A model generated the notes under the pieces. The model was not told the origin of the DNA. It did no database searches and was given only the letters and a program-made list of their open reading frames with translations. A program made the translations under genes and the position numbers. A stretch of DNA of 64,000 nt from NCBI GenBank assembly GCA_963782615.1, contig CAWAKM010000007.1, forward strand, positions 1,432 through 65,431. Direction: 5' to 3'. Source of the stretch: an uncultured Thermoleophilia bacterium (GTDB lineage Bacteria > Actinomycetota > Thermoleophilia > Gaiellales > Gaiellaceae). This document shows positions 9,499-19,304 of the stretch, piece after piece. How positions within the stretch are numbered: the stretch's first letter is position 1; each line of letters begins with the position of its first letter.

Positions 9499-10875
9499 GT
9501 GAAAGCTCGCCCGTCGGAGAGGTACCGCCCGTGGCTGATCGGCGAGCTGGTACTCGTCTGCTTGCTCGCCCTTGGCACAGTGCTGCTGGCAGTGACAGGT
9601 CGTCTCGACGGCTACGAGCTCCCCAACGCGCGTATCGCGCTCGACACCGCCGTTGCGGTCGTCGCTTCGATCGTTGCGATTCTCGCCGCGATCAGATTCC
9701 TCGTCGAGGGTCGGGGTATGGATCTTCTGCTTGCGGGAGGATTCCTGGCGATCGGTGTCGGGACATTCGCGTTCGCAGTCGTCTCCGTGCTGTCGGGCGG
9801 TGAGCTGGGACCCGTGGAAGGCTGGGCGGCGATCGGCGCCAGTCTCTTCGGGGCGATGCTGATCGCGATCGCGCCATTCGTCGGCCGACGGACAATCAGG
9901 CGCCGCCGAGCCCTTGTTGCAACCACTGTTCTCATCGCCGTCTGCCTCCTCGGGATCTGGTTCGACGCCCGTTACCTGCGACACGACCTCAGCACCGCCG
10001 GGCCCGACGGCACCCGCTCCCCGGCGGTGGTCGTCGCATATGGCCTCCTGACCATGCTCTCGCTCATCGCCGTCGTCGGCTTCGGCTTGCGCTACCGGCG
10101 CCACGGGCGCGACCTCGACAGCTGGCTGACGCTAGCCCTTACCCTCGTCGTGTTCGCCGACCTCCACTACGTGCTCGCTCCCGCCCGCTCGAGCGACTAT
10201 GTCCTCCAGAGTGACCTGCTCCGGATCCTTGCGTTCGCCGTGCTCCTCGTCGGCGTGTGGCGGGCGATCGGGCAGGCGGAATTCGGTCGGGCTGTTGCCG
10301 AGGAACGCGCTCGCGTCGCCCGTGACATCCACGATGGCCTGGCCCAGTACCTCTTCGCGCTCTCGGCGCAGGTCAGCATGCTCGAGTCCGGGGCGGAGCT
10401 CGCCCAAATCCTGCCGCGTCTCAAGCTCGCCACCACGGCCGCCCAGCAAGAGGCCCAGTTCGCGGTGCTCGCGCTCTCGTCGGCGGCAGGCTCAGCGCCG
10501 TTCGACGCCGCCTTGAGGCGCTACGTCGAATTCCTCGTCGCCGACGGTGCGCTCGACGTGGAGGTGGAGATCGACCCGGACGTGACGCTCGCGCCGGACG
10601 AGGAGATCGAGGTGTTCCGGATCGTCCAGGAGGGCCTCGCCAACGCGAGGAAGCACGCGGGGGCGCGCAATGCCGAGGTCTCCATCAACCAGCGGGGTGG
10701 GCGTCGCATCGTGCGGATCTCGGACGACGGCTCGGGGATCGAGACCGGCGATCCGGGTGCCGGACAGGGGATGAAGAACATGCGTTCGCGCGCCGCTTCG
10801 ATCCAGGGTGTCTTCTCCCTGAGATCTTCCCCCGGGAGAGGGACGTCGATCGAGGTCGTGTTGCGGCCCGTGTAG
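9499..10875 (+). CDS. Membrane sensor histidine kinase (HisKA_3), divergent from the response regulator
   Basis: About 7 TM segments, ERARVARDIHDG, FRIVQEGLANARKHA, DDGSG, GQGMKNM. Confidence 0.9.
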   Translation: MKARPSERYRPWLIGELVLVCLLALGTVLLAVTGRLDGYELPNARIALDTAVAVVASIVAILAAIRFLVEGRGMDLLLAGGFLAIGVGTFAFAVVSVLSGGELGPVEGWAAIGASLFGAMLIAIAPFVGRRTIRRRRALVATTVLIAVCLLGIWFDARYLRHDLSTAGPDGTRSPAVVVAYGLLTMLSLIAVVGFGLRYRRHGRDLDSWLTLALTLVVFADLHYVLAPARSSDYVLQSDLLRILAFAVLLVGVWRAIGQAEFGRAVAEERARVARDIHDGLAQYLFALSAQVSMLESGAELAQILPRLKLATTAAQQEAQFAVLALSSAAGSAPFDAALRRYVEFLVADGALDVEVEIDPDVTLAPDEEIEVFRIVQEGLANARKHAGARNAEVSINQRGGRRIVRISDDGSGIETGDPGAGQGMKNMRSRAASIQGVFSLRSSPGRGTSIEVVLRPV

Positions 10876-10987
10876 GAGTCGCTCCCGGAATCCCGCGGCG
10901 CCGGCTGCAGCCGCCCGTAGGCGATGATCGCGACTCGTCGTCACAACCTTCCTCAATGGAAAAAGCCCTGTTACCAGGGCTTTTCCC

Positions 10988-11339
10988 GTAGCAGGCCTGT
11001 AAGCCGGATCCTGTCGTGGATGACCATCTCTCTGGGCCGTCGGTTACCCGACGGCTCGAGCGGCGTACCCGGTTCCTCGGCGGGCCGCGTCAACGGAACC
11101 TGCTTCGCCTTGCACCGGACGGGGTTTGGCGAGCCGCCGTGTCACCACGGCGCTGGTGGGCTCTTACCCCACCTTTTCACCCTTACCGGAGCGTGAGCTC
11201 CGGCGGTCTCCTTTCTGTGCCACTGTCCATCGGCTTTCGCCGTCTGGGGTTTCCCCAGCGTCCTGCCCTGTGGTGTCCGGACTTTCCTCGAGCGTGGCTG
11301 CCGAAGCAAGCACGCCCGCGGTCACCCGGCCTGCACCAC
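10988..11339 (-). ncRNA. rnpB: RNase P RNA (type A)
   Basis: Reverse strand has GAGGAAAGTCCGGAC, GGTAAGGGTGAAAAGGTGGGGTAAGAGCCCACC, CAAACCCCGTCCGGTGCAAGG, ACAGGATCCGGCTTAC. Confidence 0.95.
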
Positions 11340-11473
11340 CGAGGGTAGCGGGCTGCCTCTGTGCGCCGCCAACGCTCGCCCGTGTGCCAACCCGGATGGA
11401 TCGATCGGACGACGCTTCGCGGTGCAAGCCGACGCTTCGCGCTGTCCGTACGGGCCTGTCGCGAACCAAGGTT

Positions 11474-11686
11474 TCAGGCCGTGTGTGCCACGGACGGCAA
11501 CGCGAGCTCCGGTACCTCGTGGCCCTCGGCCAAGATCGATCGGCACTCGGGACACGCGATTGCGAGACCGTGCGCGCCCCGGACATGCAGCACGAACTCG
11601 CTGCACACCGGGCAGGCGAGGCTTGCACCGCGAGCGAGTGCGACGAGCTCCTGGTCGAGCGTCCGGGCGAGGGCGGTCACGGTCAT
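11474..11686 (-). CDS. Small Zn-ribbon-like protein (CPVC...CPEC), coupled to lexA
   Basis: Two CxxC motifs; its start overlaps the lexA stop (ATGA). Confidence 0.6.
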   Translation of the reverse strand: MTVTALARTLDQELVALARGASLACPVCSEFVLHVRGAHGLAIACPECRSILAEGHEVPELALPSVAHTA

Positions 11687-12315
11687 CGCAGGCTCCGAAA
11701 CACCCCCACGACCTTGCCCATGACCTGCACGTGATCGGCATAGATCGGTTGGAGAGCGCTGTTCTCCGGCTGCAACCGGACCCGGCCGGTCTCGCGGTAG
11801 AAGGTCTTGACCGTGGCCTCGTTCGCGCCCTCATCGTCGCCGATGAGCGCCACGACGACATCGCCGTTCGATGCATCCTCCTGCTTGCGGACGACGAGTG
11901 TGTCGCCGTCGAGGATGCCTGCCTCGATCATCGAGTCGCCGCGTACGGTGAGGAGGAAGTCGGCGCTACGACCGAGCGGCTCCGGCACGGCGATCCGGTC
12001 TTCGATGTTCTCCTCGGCGAGCAACGGCGAGCCGGCGGCGATCTGGCCGAGCAGCGGAAGGCGCGGCATCTCCTCGACCTGTTGCGGGGTCGGCACGGTA
12101 ACGGTGCGATGGCCGATCAGGTCGAGTGCCCGCGGCTTCGTGGGATCGCGCTTGAGGAGGCCTGCGCGTTCGAGGTTGGCGAGATGAGCGTGCACGGTCG
12201 ACGGAGAGGCGAGCCCGACCGCCTCGCCGACCTCGCGGACGGTCGGCGGGTAGCCGTGGCCGTCCGTGTACTCGACGAGAAACTGCCAGATCTCTTGTTG
12301 CCGTGCCGTCAGCAT
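11683..12315 (-). CDS. lexA: SOS repressor LexA
   Basis: GYPPTVREVG HTH, AAGSP cleavage site, GDSM catalytic Ser, ATVKT catalytic Lys. Confidence 0.97.
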   Translation of the reverse strand: MLTARQQEIWQFLVEYTDGHGYPPTVREVGEAVGLASPSTVHAHLANLERAGLLKRDPTKPRALDLIGHRTVTVPTPQQVEEMPRLPLLGQIAAGSPLLAEENIEDRIAVPEPLGRSADFLLTVRGDSMIEAGILDGDTLVVRKQEDASNGDVVVALIGDDEGANEATVKTFYRETGRVRLQPENSALQPIYADHVQVMGKVVGVFRSLR

Positions 12316-12337
12316 GATGCCTCCGAGGTGGGATGTC

Positions 12338-12351
12338 CGAACATGTGTTCG
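12338..12351. promoter_or_regulatory. LexA box (Gram-positive GAAC-N4-GTTC)
   Basis: CGAACATGTGTTCG, 23 nt upstream of the lexA start. Confidence 0.85.
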
Positions 12352-12497
12352 TCATGAAGAGTACGGATCCTTCCGGATGGCGTCAAACGAGATCGAGGAT
12401 CTATCGGTGACGGCTGGGCCCGGGCCGGCGTCGCCACATCGGGCGGATGGTCGCTGGCTGGGCGAGGCGCCTCGTCCTACCGGATCCCATGTGTGAC

Positions 12498-12525
12498 GAG
12501 GGGGCCCGACACGTCGGGCCCCCTC
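12498..12525 (-). terminator. Hairpin downstream of tRNA-Leu
   Basis: GAGGGGGCCCGA / TCGGGCCCCCTC, 12-bp stem with 4-nt loop. Confidence 0.65.
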
Positions 12526-12535
12526 ATCACACGCA

Positions 12536-12619
<84 letters not shown>

Positions 12620-12651
12620 GCGGCGCGATTGTACCCGTACCCTGCCTCTCG

Positions 12652-12873
12652 CTAGGCGAGCAACCGGTAGAGGATCACGGTGTTGACGAAGAAGAGCACC
12701 GCCACGATCGCCGTCAACCTCGTGAGGTTGCGCTCGACGATGTGGGTGCCCCCCTGCGACTGCGGGGTGAATCCCATGCCACCGAAACCGGCCTCGCGGC
12801 CGGAATGCATCAGCACGAGCGTCACGAGCGCTGCAGAGATCAGGACCTGGAGGACTGCAAAGAACGGGACCAT
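12652..12873 (-). CDS. secG: Preprotein translocase subunit SecG
   Basis: Two TMs, VLMHSGREAGFGG, VERNLTRLT; next to tRNA-Leu. Confidence 0.9.
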   Translation of the reverse strand: MVPFFAVLQVLISAALVTLVLMHSGREAGFGGMGFTPQSQGGTHIVERNLTRLTAIVAVLFFVNTVILYRLLA

Positions 12874-12908
12874 CGCCGCCGGATCGTACCAGCGCTACCC
12901 TGCGGCTC

Positions 12909-13142
12909 ATGGCGACGCCAGACGATCCCCGCGCCACGATCCAACGGCTCCTCGTGACCGGCGACAATCGGCTCAAGCAGGGAGTGGCGATCGAGAAGGT
13001 GCGTGAGAGCTACCTGGCGGCACTCGATGCCGCTCGGGTCGCCGGGCTCGAGGATACCGTCCGCCCTCTCGTCGAGCTCAGGCTCGCCGATCTGAAGAGG
13101 CTTGCAGCAGAAGCGCCTCCACCCGTTCCGCCTGCCGCCTGA
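12909..13142 (+). CDS. Hypothetical helical protein (77 aa)
   Basis: Codon usage and composition fit a real gene; no motif recognised. Confidence 0.5.
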   Translation: MATPDDPRATIQRLLVTGDNRLKQGVAIEKVRESYLAALDAARVAGLEDTVRPLVELRLADLKRLAAEAPPPVPPAA

Positions 13143-14097
13143 CGTCGTGCGCCTCCGCTGCGCGCCGGGCGGCAAGGTTGGGCCGCGCGAAGAGGGCAGC
13201 CGCTCCGAGCGCGGCGGCGATCGCGTCGTCGTCGAGGGGATCGACGAGGATGCCGGCGTCCGGTGGCACGAACTCCGGCGGCCCGCCGACGCGCGTTGCG
13301 ACGACCGACCGACCGGCAGCGAGACCCTCGAGCGTCGCGAGCCCGAACGGCTCGGTGATGCTCGGCTGGCAGACGACGTCGGCAGCGCTGATCCACGTAG
13401 CGACGCGATCGTGATCGACAGGGCCCTCGAGATGGATTCCGGCCCGCCCCTCCAGCGCAGGTCGCAGCGGCCCGTCACCGACGAACGCGAGCGCACCCTC
13501 TCCCCGGCGTTCGAACGCGCGCGCCAAGCGAAGCACGTTCTTGCGCTCGCTGAGCGAACCGACACAGAGAAAGCCCGTCCCCCCGGGCGCCCAGCCGACC
13601 TCCGCCCGGGCTGCCTCGACGTCCTGCGGTGAGAACCGGTCGAGATCGACCCCGCAGTCGATCACGGTGCTCTTCGGTAGCACCTCCGGCACGACTTCGA
13701 CAAGACGGTCGAGGAGCCATGCCGACACCGCGACGACCGCAGCCGCGCGCCGGACCGTGAGGGCGGTCGCCGCGCGGACGACTCGATTTTGGCGGGCGTT
13801 CTCGACGTCCTGGCCGTGTGCCGTGACGACGAGCGGAGCGCGGCCGCCGAGCGCGGCGAGGAGCCCTGCCGGAACGAGGAAATGCGCGTAGACGACATCT
13901 GGACGGAATTGCCTTGCCCTCTGAAGCACGTCGAACGCAAGCCTGGCGTGCCGTCCGCGCCCGCCGTTCCGGTCGACGACGGCCCGCGCGACATCGTGGC
14001 CGCGCTCGTTCAGCTCGTGTTCGAGCGTAGCCACGAACGAGCCCAGCGACCGGGCCTTGGGGCCTGGGTACATCTGCGAGACGAGCAGAATGCGCAC
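13078..14097 (-). CDS. GT4-family glycosyltransferase
   Basis: MRILLVSQMYP, VVTAHGQD, VGSLSERKN, EPFGLATLEGLA. Confidence 0.9.
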   Translation of the reverse strand: MRILLVSQMYPGPKARSLGSFVATLEHELNERGHDVARAVVDRNGGRGRHARLAFDVLQRARQFRPDVVYAHFLVPAGLLAALGGRAPLVVTAHGQDVENARQNRVVRAATALTVRRAAAVVAVSAWLLDRLVEVVPEVLPKSTVIDCGVDLDRFSPQDVEAARAEVGWAPGGTGFLCVGSLSERKNVLRLARAFERRGEGALAFVGDGPLRPALEGRAGIHLEGPVDHDRVATWISAADVVCQPSITEPFGLATLEGLAAGRSVVATRVGGPPEFVPPDAGILVDPLDDDAIAAALGAAALFARPNLAARRAAEAHDVRRQAERVEALLLQASSDRRA

Positions 14098-14134
14098 ACG
14101 CTGAGCCTACTGCGGCCGGACCCGTCCCATGTTC

Positions 14135-15709
14135 TCAGCGCCTGTCGTACGTGCCCCAGAGCTCGCGCAGCCCGCCGCAGATCTCGCCGACGGTGCAGCG
14201 TGAGCGGAGGGCTTCTCGGATGGGCGGCAAGAGGTTGCCGGTGCCTTCGGCGGTGTCGCACACGAGTTGGAGGGCACTCGCGGCCGCTTCGGGGTTGCGT
14301 TCGGCGCGGATGCGGACGGTGCGGTCACATTGACGTTGCTCGGCGGCAGGGTCGAGGTGGTGGAGCTCGATCCTGCAGTCTGCTTCCTGGCTGAACCTGT
14401 TGACGCCGACGATGACCTTCTTGCCGCTCTCGACAGCGGCCTGGAACCGGTAGGCGGATTCCTCGATCTCGCTCTGCACGAAGCCGGCCTCGATCGCAGC
14501 GACTGCGCCGCCGAGCTCGTCGACGCGGTCGATCAGCTCATGGGCCTGGTGCTCGAGCTCGTGGGTGAGAGCCTCGAGGTAGTAGGAGCCGCCGAGCGGG
14601 TCGGCCGTGTCGGTGGTGCCCGCTTCGTGCATCAGGATCTGCTGGGTGCGGAGAGCGATCGTGGCGGCGTGCTCGCTCGGGAGCGCCAGTGCTTCGTCGA
14701 AGCTGTTCGTGTGAAGCGACTGGGCGCCGCCGCAGGCGGCCGAGAGCGCCTGGATCGCGACCCGCACGATGTTGTTCTCGGGTTGCTGCGCGGTCAGGGT
14801 GGAGCCGCCGGTCTGGGCGTGGAAGCGGAGGGCCTGGGCCTCGGCTGTCCTGGCCCCGAAGCGGTCGCGCATGATCTGCGCCCACAGGCTACGGGCCGCC
14901 CGGAACTTCGCGACCTCCTGGAAGAAGTCGTTGTGCGCGTTGAAGAAGAACGACAGCCGGGCGCCGAACGTGTCAGGCGAGAGGCCGGCGGCGACGGCTG
15001 CATCGCAGTATGCGATCCCGTTCGCGAGCGTGAAAGCGAGCTCCTGGGCCGCGGTCGAGCCGGCCTCGCGAATGTGGTAGCCGGAGACCGAGATCGTGTT
15101 CCAGCGGGGGATCCGCTCCTCGCAGTAGGCGAACAGGTCGGTCGTCAGGCGCATCGACGGCCTCGGCGGGAAGATGTAGTTCCCGCGGGCCACGTACTCC
15201 TTGAGGATGTCGTTCTGCACCGTGCCACGGAGCGCCGTGCCGGGCACGCCCTGACCCTCGGCCACCAGTTCGTACAGCAGGAGCAACAGCGCCGCCGGGG
15301 CGTTGATCGTCATCGACGTCGATACCTCGTCCAACGGGATCCCATCGAGCAGCAGCTCCATATCCGCGATCGAGTCGACCGCGACCCCCGTCCGACCGAC
15401 CTCGCCCACGGCAACCGGATCGTCCGAGTCGTAGCCGAGTTGGGTCGGCAGGTCGAACGCGATCGACAGGCCCGTCTGGCCGCTCGCGAGCAGGTAGCGG
15501 TAGCGCTCGTTCGACTCCTCCGCCGAAGCAAACCCCGCGTACTGGCGGATCGTCCACGGCCGACCGCGATACATGTCCGGATACGGCCCGCGCGTGAACG
15601 GGAACACACCCGGAGGCTCCGGCTCGGGGGGCGGCGCGTCGGCGGCCCGATACAGCGGCTTCACCTCGATGCCGGAGTCGAGCAACCGCCTGTCGGGGGT
15701 GCTGGCCAT
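14135..15709 (-). CDS. Methylmalonyl-CoA-mutase-family large subunit (substrate-binding barrel, no B12-binding domain)
   Basis: [52 protein letters not shown]. Confidence 0.92.
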   Translation of the reverse strand: MASTPDRRLLDSGIEVKPLYRAADAPPPEPEPPGVFPFTRGPYPDMYRGRPWTIRQYAGFASAEESNERYRYLLASGQTGLSIAFDLPTQLGYDSDDPVAVGEVGRTGVAVDSIADMELLLDGIPLDEVSTSMTINAPAALLLLLYELVAEGQGVPGTALRGTVQNDILKEYVARGNYIFPPRPSMRLTTDLFAYCEERIPRWNTISVSGYHIREAGSTAAQELAFTLANGIAYCDAAVAAGLSPDTFGARLSFFFNAHNDFFQEVAKFRAARSLWAQIMRDRFGARTAEAQALRFHAQTGGSTLTAQQPENNIVRVAIQALSAACGGAQSLHTNSFDEALALPSEHAATIALRTQQILMHEAGTTDTADPLGGSYYLEALTHELEHQAHELIDRVDELGGAVAAIEAGFVQSEIEESAYRFQAAVESGKKVIVGVNRFSQEADCRIELHHLDPAAEQRQCDRTVRIRAERNPEAAASALQLVCDTAEGTGNLLPPIREALRSRCTVGEICGGLRELWGTYDRR

Positions 15710-15776
15710 CGTTCGATCCTACGTCGACTACGTCGGGGCGGTGGCGCATCCATGGTGGGTCGATCCGGGGCTCGGG

Positions 15777-16433
15777 TCAGACCACCCCGCCCGCCCTGGC
15801 GATCGCGTCGAGCGCGATCCGCTTTCCCGACTCGATGTGGGTGCGAATTGCCTGCTGGGCCGCCGGCAGATCGACGGCCTCGAAGGCCTCGACGATCGCC
15901 CGGTGCTCACGTGCCAGATACTCGCCGACTTCGAGCCTGCCGCCGCGGATCACTTGCATCATCAGGTTCACCGAGAGTCCGCGGTAGGTGCGGGACAGCA
16001 TCTCGTTGCCCGCCAGGTCGATCTGAAACTCGTGGAACGCGGCGTTTGCGGCGTCCCATTCCTCCTGTGAGATTGCCACCTCCGACTCCTCCATCAGCAC
16101 CCGAAACCGGACCAGTGGCGTGGGATCGACGACACCAACGGTGCGCTCGGCCGCATGTAGCTCGAGCGCCAGCCGAACGTCGTATCCGTCGCCCACTGTC
16201 GAGGGTGTCACGGGAGTCACGTAGTACCCGCGTCGCGCTTTGACCGAGAGGAGCCCTTCAGAGACGAGCCGGGTCAGAGCATGGTGCACAGGGCTCCGGG
16301 AAACGCCGAGCTCGGTCGCGAGCTCGTGGAGGCTCAGCTTCGCCCCGGGCCCGGGATGGCGCCGCAGCACTCGCTGCCGAATCGTCTCGTATACCTGCTC
16401 GTTGAGGTTCGTCCGGGGAAGCGTCGTCGCCAT
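15777..16433 (-). CDS. GntR-family (FCD) transcriptional regulator
   Basis: LATELGVSRSPVHHALTRLVSEGL, AAFHE, EHRAIVEA. Confidence 0.9.
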   Translation of the reverse strand: MATTLPRTNLNEQVYETIRQRVLRRHPGPGAKLSLHELATELGVSRSPVHHALTRLVSEGLLSVKARRGYYVTPVTPSTVGDGYDVRLALELHAAERTVGVVDPTPLVRFRVLMEESEVAISQEEWDAANAAFHEFQIDLAGNEMLSRTYRGLSVNLMMQVIRGGRLEVGEYLAREHRAIVEAFEAVDLPAAQQAIRTHIESGKRIALDAIARAGGVV

Positions 16434-16491
16434 GGGACAGATGTAACATGACAGCGCCCGCAGTCTGCAACCCCCGGCTACGCTGCGGCCG

Positions 16492-17130
16492 ATGAGGGTC
16501 TCCGTCCGTCTGTTTGCCGGCCTGCGTGAGCTCGCAGGTACCCGCGCCACTGAGATCGAGCTGCCGACGGGCTCGACGGCCGACGCCGTCTGGCCCGCGC
16601 TCGACCTCGGTGCGGAGCCACCAGGACTCCTGCTTGCGGTCAACAGGAGCTATGCCGCGCGCGACACCATGCTTGTCGACGGCGACGAGGTTGCGCTGAT
16701 TCCGCCGGTGTCCGGGGGAGCGTTCCGGCTCTCGGAGCACGCGCTGTCGCTGGACGATGCCGTCCGTGAGGTCGCGTCGGACGACGGGGGTGCGATCGCC
16801 ACGTTCACGGGCACAACGCGCGCTCACTCCCGCGGCCGCGAGGTCGTGCGGCTCGAGTACGAGGCCTACGAGGGGATGGCCGAGGCGGAGATGGAGCGAA
16901 TCGCTTCGGAGCTGCAGGAGCGGCACTCGTTGATCGCGGTCGCGATCCACCATCGGGTCGGGATCGTCGAGATCGGCGAGGCCAGCGTCGTGATCGCGGT
17001 GTCCGCGGCTCATAGAGGCGACGCCCTCGCGGCCTGCGCCGAGGCGATCGACACGCTCAAGGGTACGGTGCCGCTGTGGAAGAAGGAGATCTACGTCGGC
17101 GGCGAGGAATGGATCGGGCAGGGGTCGTGA
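16492..17130 (+). CDS. MoaD-MoaE fusion (molybdopterin synthase)
   Basis: VRLFAGLRE...LIPPVSGG (MoaD) continuing into LEYEAYEGMA, HRGDAL, PLWKKE (MoaE). Confidence 0.92.
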   Translation: MRVSVRLFAGLRELAGTRATEIELPTGSTADAVWPALDLGAEPPGLLLAVNRSYAARDTMLVDGDEVALIPPVSGGAFRLSEHALSLDDAVREVASDDGGAIATFTGTTRAHSRGREVVRLEYEAYEGMAEAEMERIASELQERHSLIAVAIHHRVGIVEIGEASVVIAVSAAHRGDALAACAEAIDTLKGTVPLWKKEIYVGGEEWIGQGS

Positions 17131-17792
17131 GCGGCAGGTTCCCGGAGAGTCACTCGGAGGAGCCGCCACCGCAGCCCCCGCGTTCGGGGTGGGGGCGCCT
17201 GATTGCGCCGATTGTGGTCGCCGGGGTGGTGCTGCTGAAGATCGCCGGGTCGTTGAAGTTTCTCGGGATCTTCGTCTCGGTCGGCGGCTACGCCCTCATC
17301 TGGGGCTGGCGCTTCGCCGTCGGCTTCGTCCTCCTCATCCTCGTGCACGAGCTCGGGCACTACGTCGAGGCGCGCCGGCAGGGACTGAGTCCCCAGTTGC
17401 CCGTCTTCATCCCGTTCCTCGGCGCCTACGTCGCGCTCCGCGGCCAGCCGTTCGACCCTTGGCGGAACGCGCTCGTCTCGGTTGCGGGACCGGTCGCAGG
17501 CGGGATCGGTGCGCTGGCCTGTCTCGTCTACGGCAACGCCGTGGGCTCAGACCTGCTGCTGGCCCTCGCCTACGCCGGCTTCTTCCTGAATCTCGTCAAT
17601 CTCATCCCGATCGGGATCCTGGACGGCGGTCAAATCCTCCGGTCGTGGCGGGTTCTCCGGGCCGGCGGCGGGCGACCGAGCTCGGCCGAGGCGCGCCGGC
17701 TTGGCGGCATCGTCGGCGCTTACTCCGTGGCACTTGCGGCGGGACTGGCGCTCGGCATGGTGGTAGCGCACATTCCGCAGAACCGCCTGTGA
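17127..17792 (+). CDS. Site-2 (M50) membrane metalloprotease
   Basis: HELGH, AGP, NLIPIGILDGG; GTG start overlaps the moaE stop. Confidence 0.88.
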   Translation: MSGRFPESHSEEPPPQPPRSGWGRLIAPIVVAGVVLLKIAGSLKFLGIFVSVGGYALIWGWRFAVGFVLLILVHELGHYVEARRQGLSPQLPVFIPFLGAYVALRGQPFDPWRNALVSVAGPVAGGIGALACLVYGNAVGSDLLLALAYAGFFLNLVNLIPIGILDGGQILRSWRVLRAGGGRPSSAEARRLGGIVGAYSVALAAGLALGMVVAHIPQNRL

Positions 17793-18475
17793 ACGGCCGC
17801 GAGCTGGATCGGAGGCTGCTGCGGCGCCGCGACGCAACGCTCGCGAGCGACGTCGCGTTGATCGCCTCGGAGTTCCTCGCGGGCTTCCAGAAGGTGCAGG
17901 AGATCGATCGGCCGGCCGTCTCGATCTTCGGCTCGGCGCGGGTGGACGATCAGGCGTCGTCCTACCACCGTGCTCGTGAGACCGCGGGCCTCTTCGCACA
18001 GGCCGGGTTTGCCGTCGTCACGGGTGGAGGACCCGGGGTGATGGAGGCGGCAAATCTTGGCTGCCAGGAGGCCGGCGGGCTCTCGGTCGGGTTCAACATC
18101 GACCTTCCGCACGAGCAGGGTCTCAATCCGTACTGCGATCTCTCGTTGACCTTCAAGCATTTCTACGCTCGCAAGACGATGTTCGTGAAGGCGGCCGAGG
18201 GCTTCGTCATCTTCCCGGGCGGCTTCGGCACGCTGGACGAGCTGTTCGAGTCGTTGACGTTGATCCAGACGGGCAAGATCGGCAGTTTCCCGGTGGTGCT
18301 CTGCGACACCGCGTACTGGGCCCCCATGCTCGACTGGATCCGCGTGCGCATGCTCGAAGACGGTCTCGTCTCGGTGTCCGATCTCGACCTCGTGCAGGTC
18401 ACCGACGTGCCGGCCGAAGCCGTCGAGTGCGTGATCTCCCGATATGACGCGCGGCTCGCCGAAGGGTCGGCGTGA
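17789..18475 (+). CDS. LOG-family Rossmann-fold protein (TIGR00730-like)
   Basis: SIFGSAR, TGGGPGVMEAAN, FPGGFGTLDELFE; GTGA overlap with the upstream gene. Confidence 0.9.
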   Translation: MNGRELDRRLLRRRDATLASDVALIASEFLAGFQKVQEIDRPAVSIFGSARVDDQASSYHRARETAGLFAQAGFAVVTGGGPGVMEAANLGCQEAGGLSVGFNIDLPHEQGLNPYCDLSLTFKHFYARKTMFVKAAEGFVIFPGGFGTLDELFESLTLIQTGKIGSFPVVLCDTAYWAPMLDWIRVRMLEDGLVSVSDLDLVQVTDVPAEAVECVISRYDARLAEGSA

Positions 18476-19275
18476 TCGACGACGCGGTCACCGCGATCCG
18501 GGAGCGGTCGTCCCTCGTCCCCAAGGCCACCGTCGTGCTGGGGTCTGGCCTCGGGGGGTTCGCAGACAGGGTCGAGGCCGACGTCGAGATCCCATACGGA
18601 GAGATCCCCGGCTGGCCCGTTTCGACGGCGCTCGGGCACGCCGGCACCCTGCTGCTCGGAACGGTCGCAGGGGTGCCGCTCGCCGTCATGAAGGGGCGCG
18701 CCCACCTCTACGAGGGTCATCCTGCGGACAGGGTCGTTTTCGGAGTGCGCGTGCTCGGGCGGCTCGGGGCGGGTGCGCTCGTCGTCACAAACGCTTGTGG
18801 AGGTGTCCGCGAGGACCTCGCGCCCGGAGACCTCGTGCTCGTTTCGGATCATCTCAATCTCCAGGGAGCCTCGCCGCTCGTGGGGCCGAACGACGACACA
18901 TTGGGGCCGCGCTTCCCGGACATGAGCTCTGCGTACGATCCGGCGCTCCGGACGATCGCCCACGAGGCCGCCGCCCGCCTCGGCCAATCCCTCGCCGAGG
19001 GCGTCTACGCGGCCTGGCTCGGCCCGGCGTTCGAGACGCCTGCGGAGATCCGGATGATCCGCGCCCTCGGCGGCGACCTCGTCGGAATGTCGACGGTGCC
19101 CGAGGTGCTGGCCGCACGCCACATGGGCATCCGGTGCCTCGCCATCTCGTGTGTGACCAATATGGCGGCGGGAATCCTTCCCGAGCCGATCGATGCCGAG
19201 CACGTGCTCGTCGTCGGTGCTCAGGCCCAGGATCGGCTAACGGCGCTGCTCGCCGAGATCCTGCCCGCGCTGTAG
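18472..19275 (+). CDS. Purine nucleoside phosphorylase (trimeric type)
   Basis: VLGSGLG, GHAG, GRAHLYEG, GPAFETPAE, GMSTVPE, VTNMAAG. Confidence 0.93.
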   Translation: MIDDAVTAIRERSSLVPKATVVLGSGLGGFADRVEADVEIPYGEIPGWPVSTALGHAGTLLLGTVAGVPLAVMKGRAHLYEGHPADRVVFGVRVLGRLGAGALVVTNACGGVREDLAPGDLVLVSDHLNLQGASPLVGPNDDTLGPRFPDMSSAYDPALRTIAHEAAARLGQSLAEGVYAAWLGPAFETPAEIRMIRALGGDLVGMSTVPEVLAARHMGIRCLAISCVTNMAAGILPEPIDAEHVLVVGAQAQDRLTALLAEILPAL

Positions 19276-19304
19276 TCCCGCCCTCCTCTGCCTACACTTC
19301 GGGC

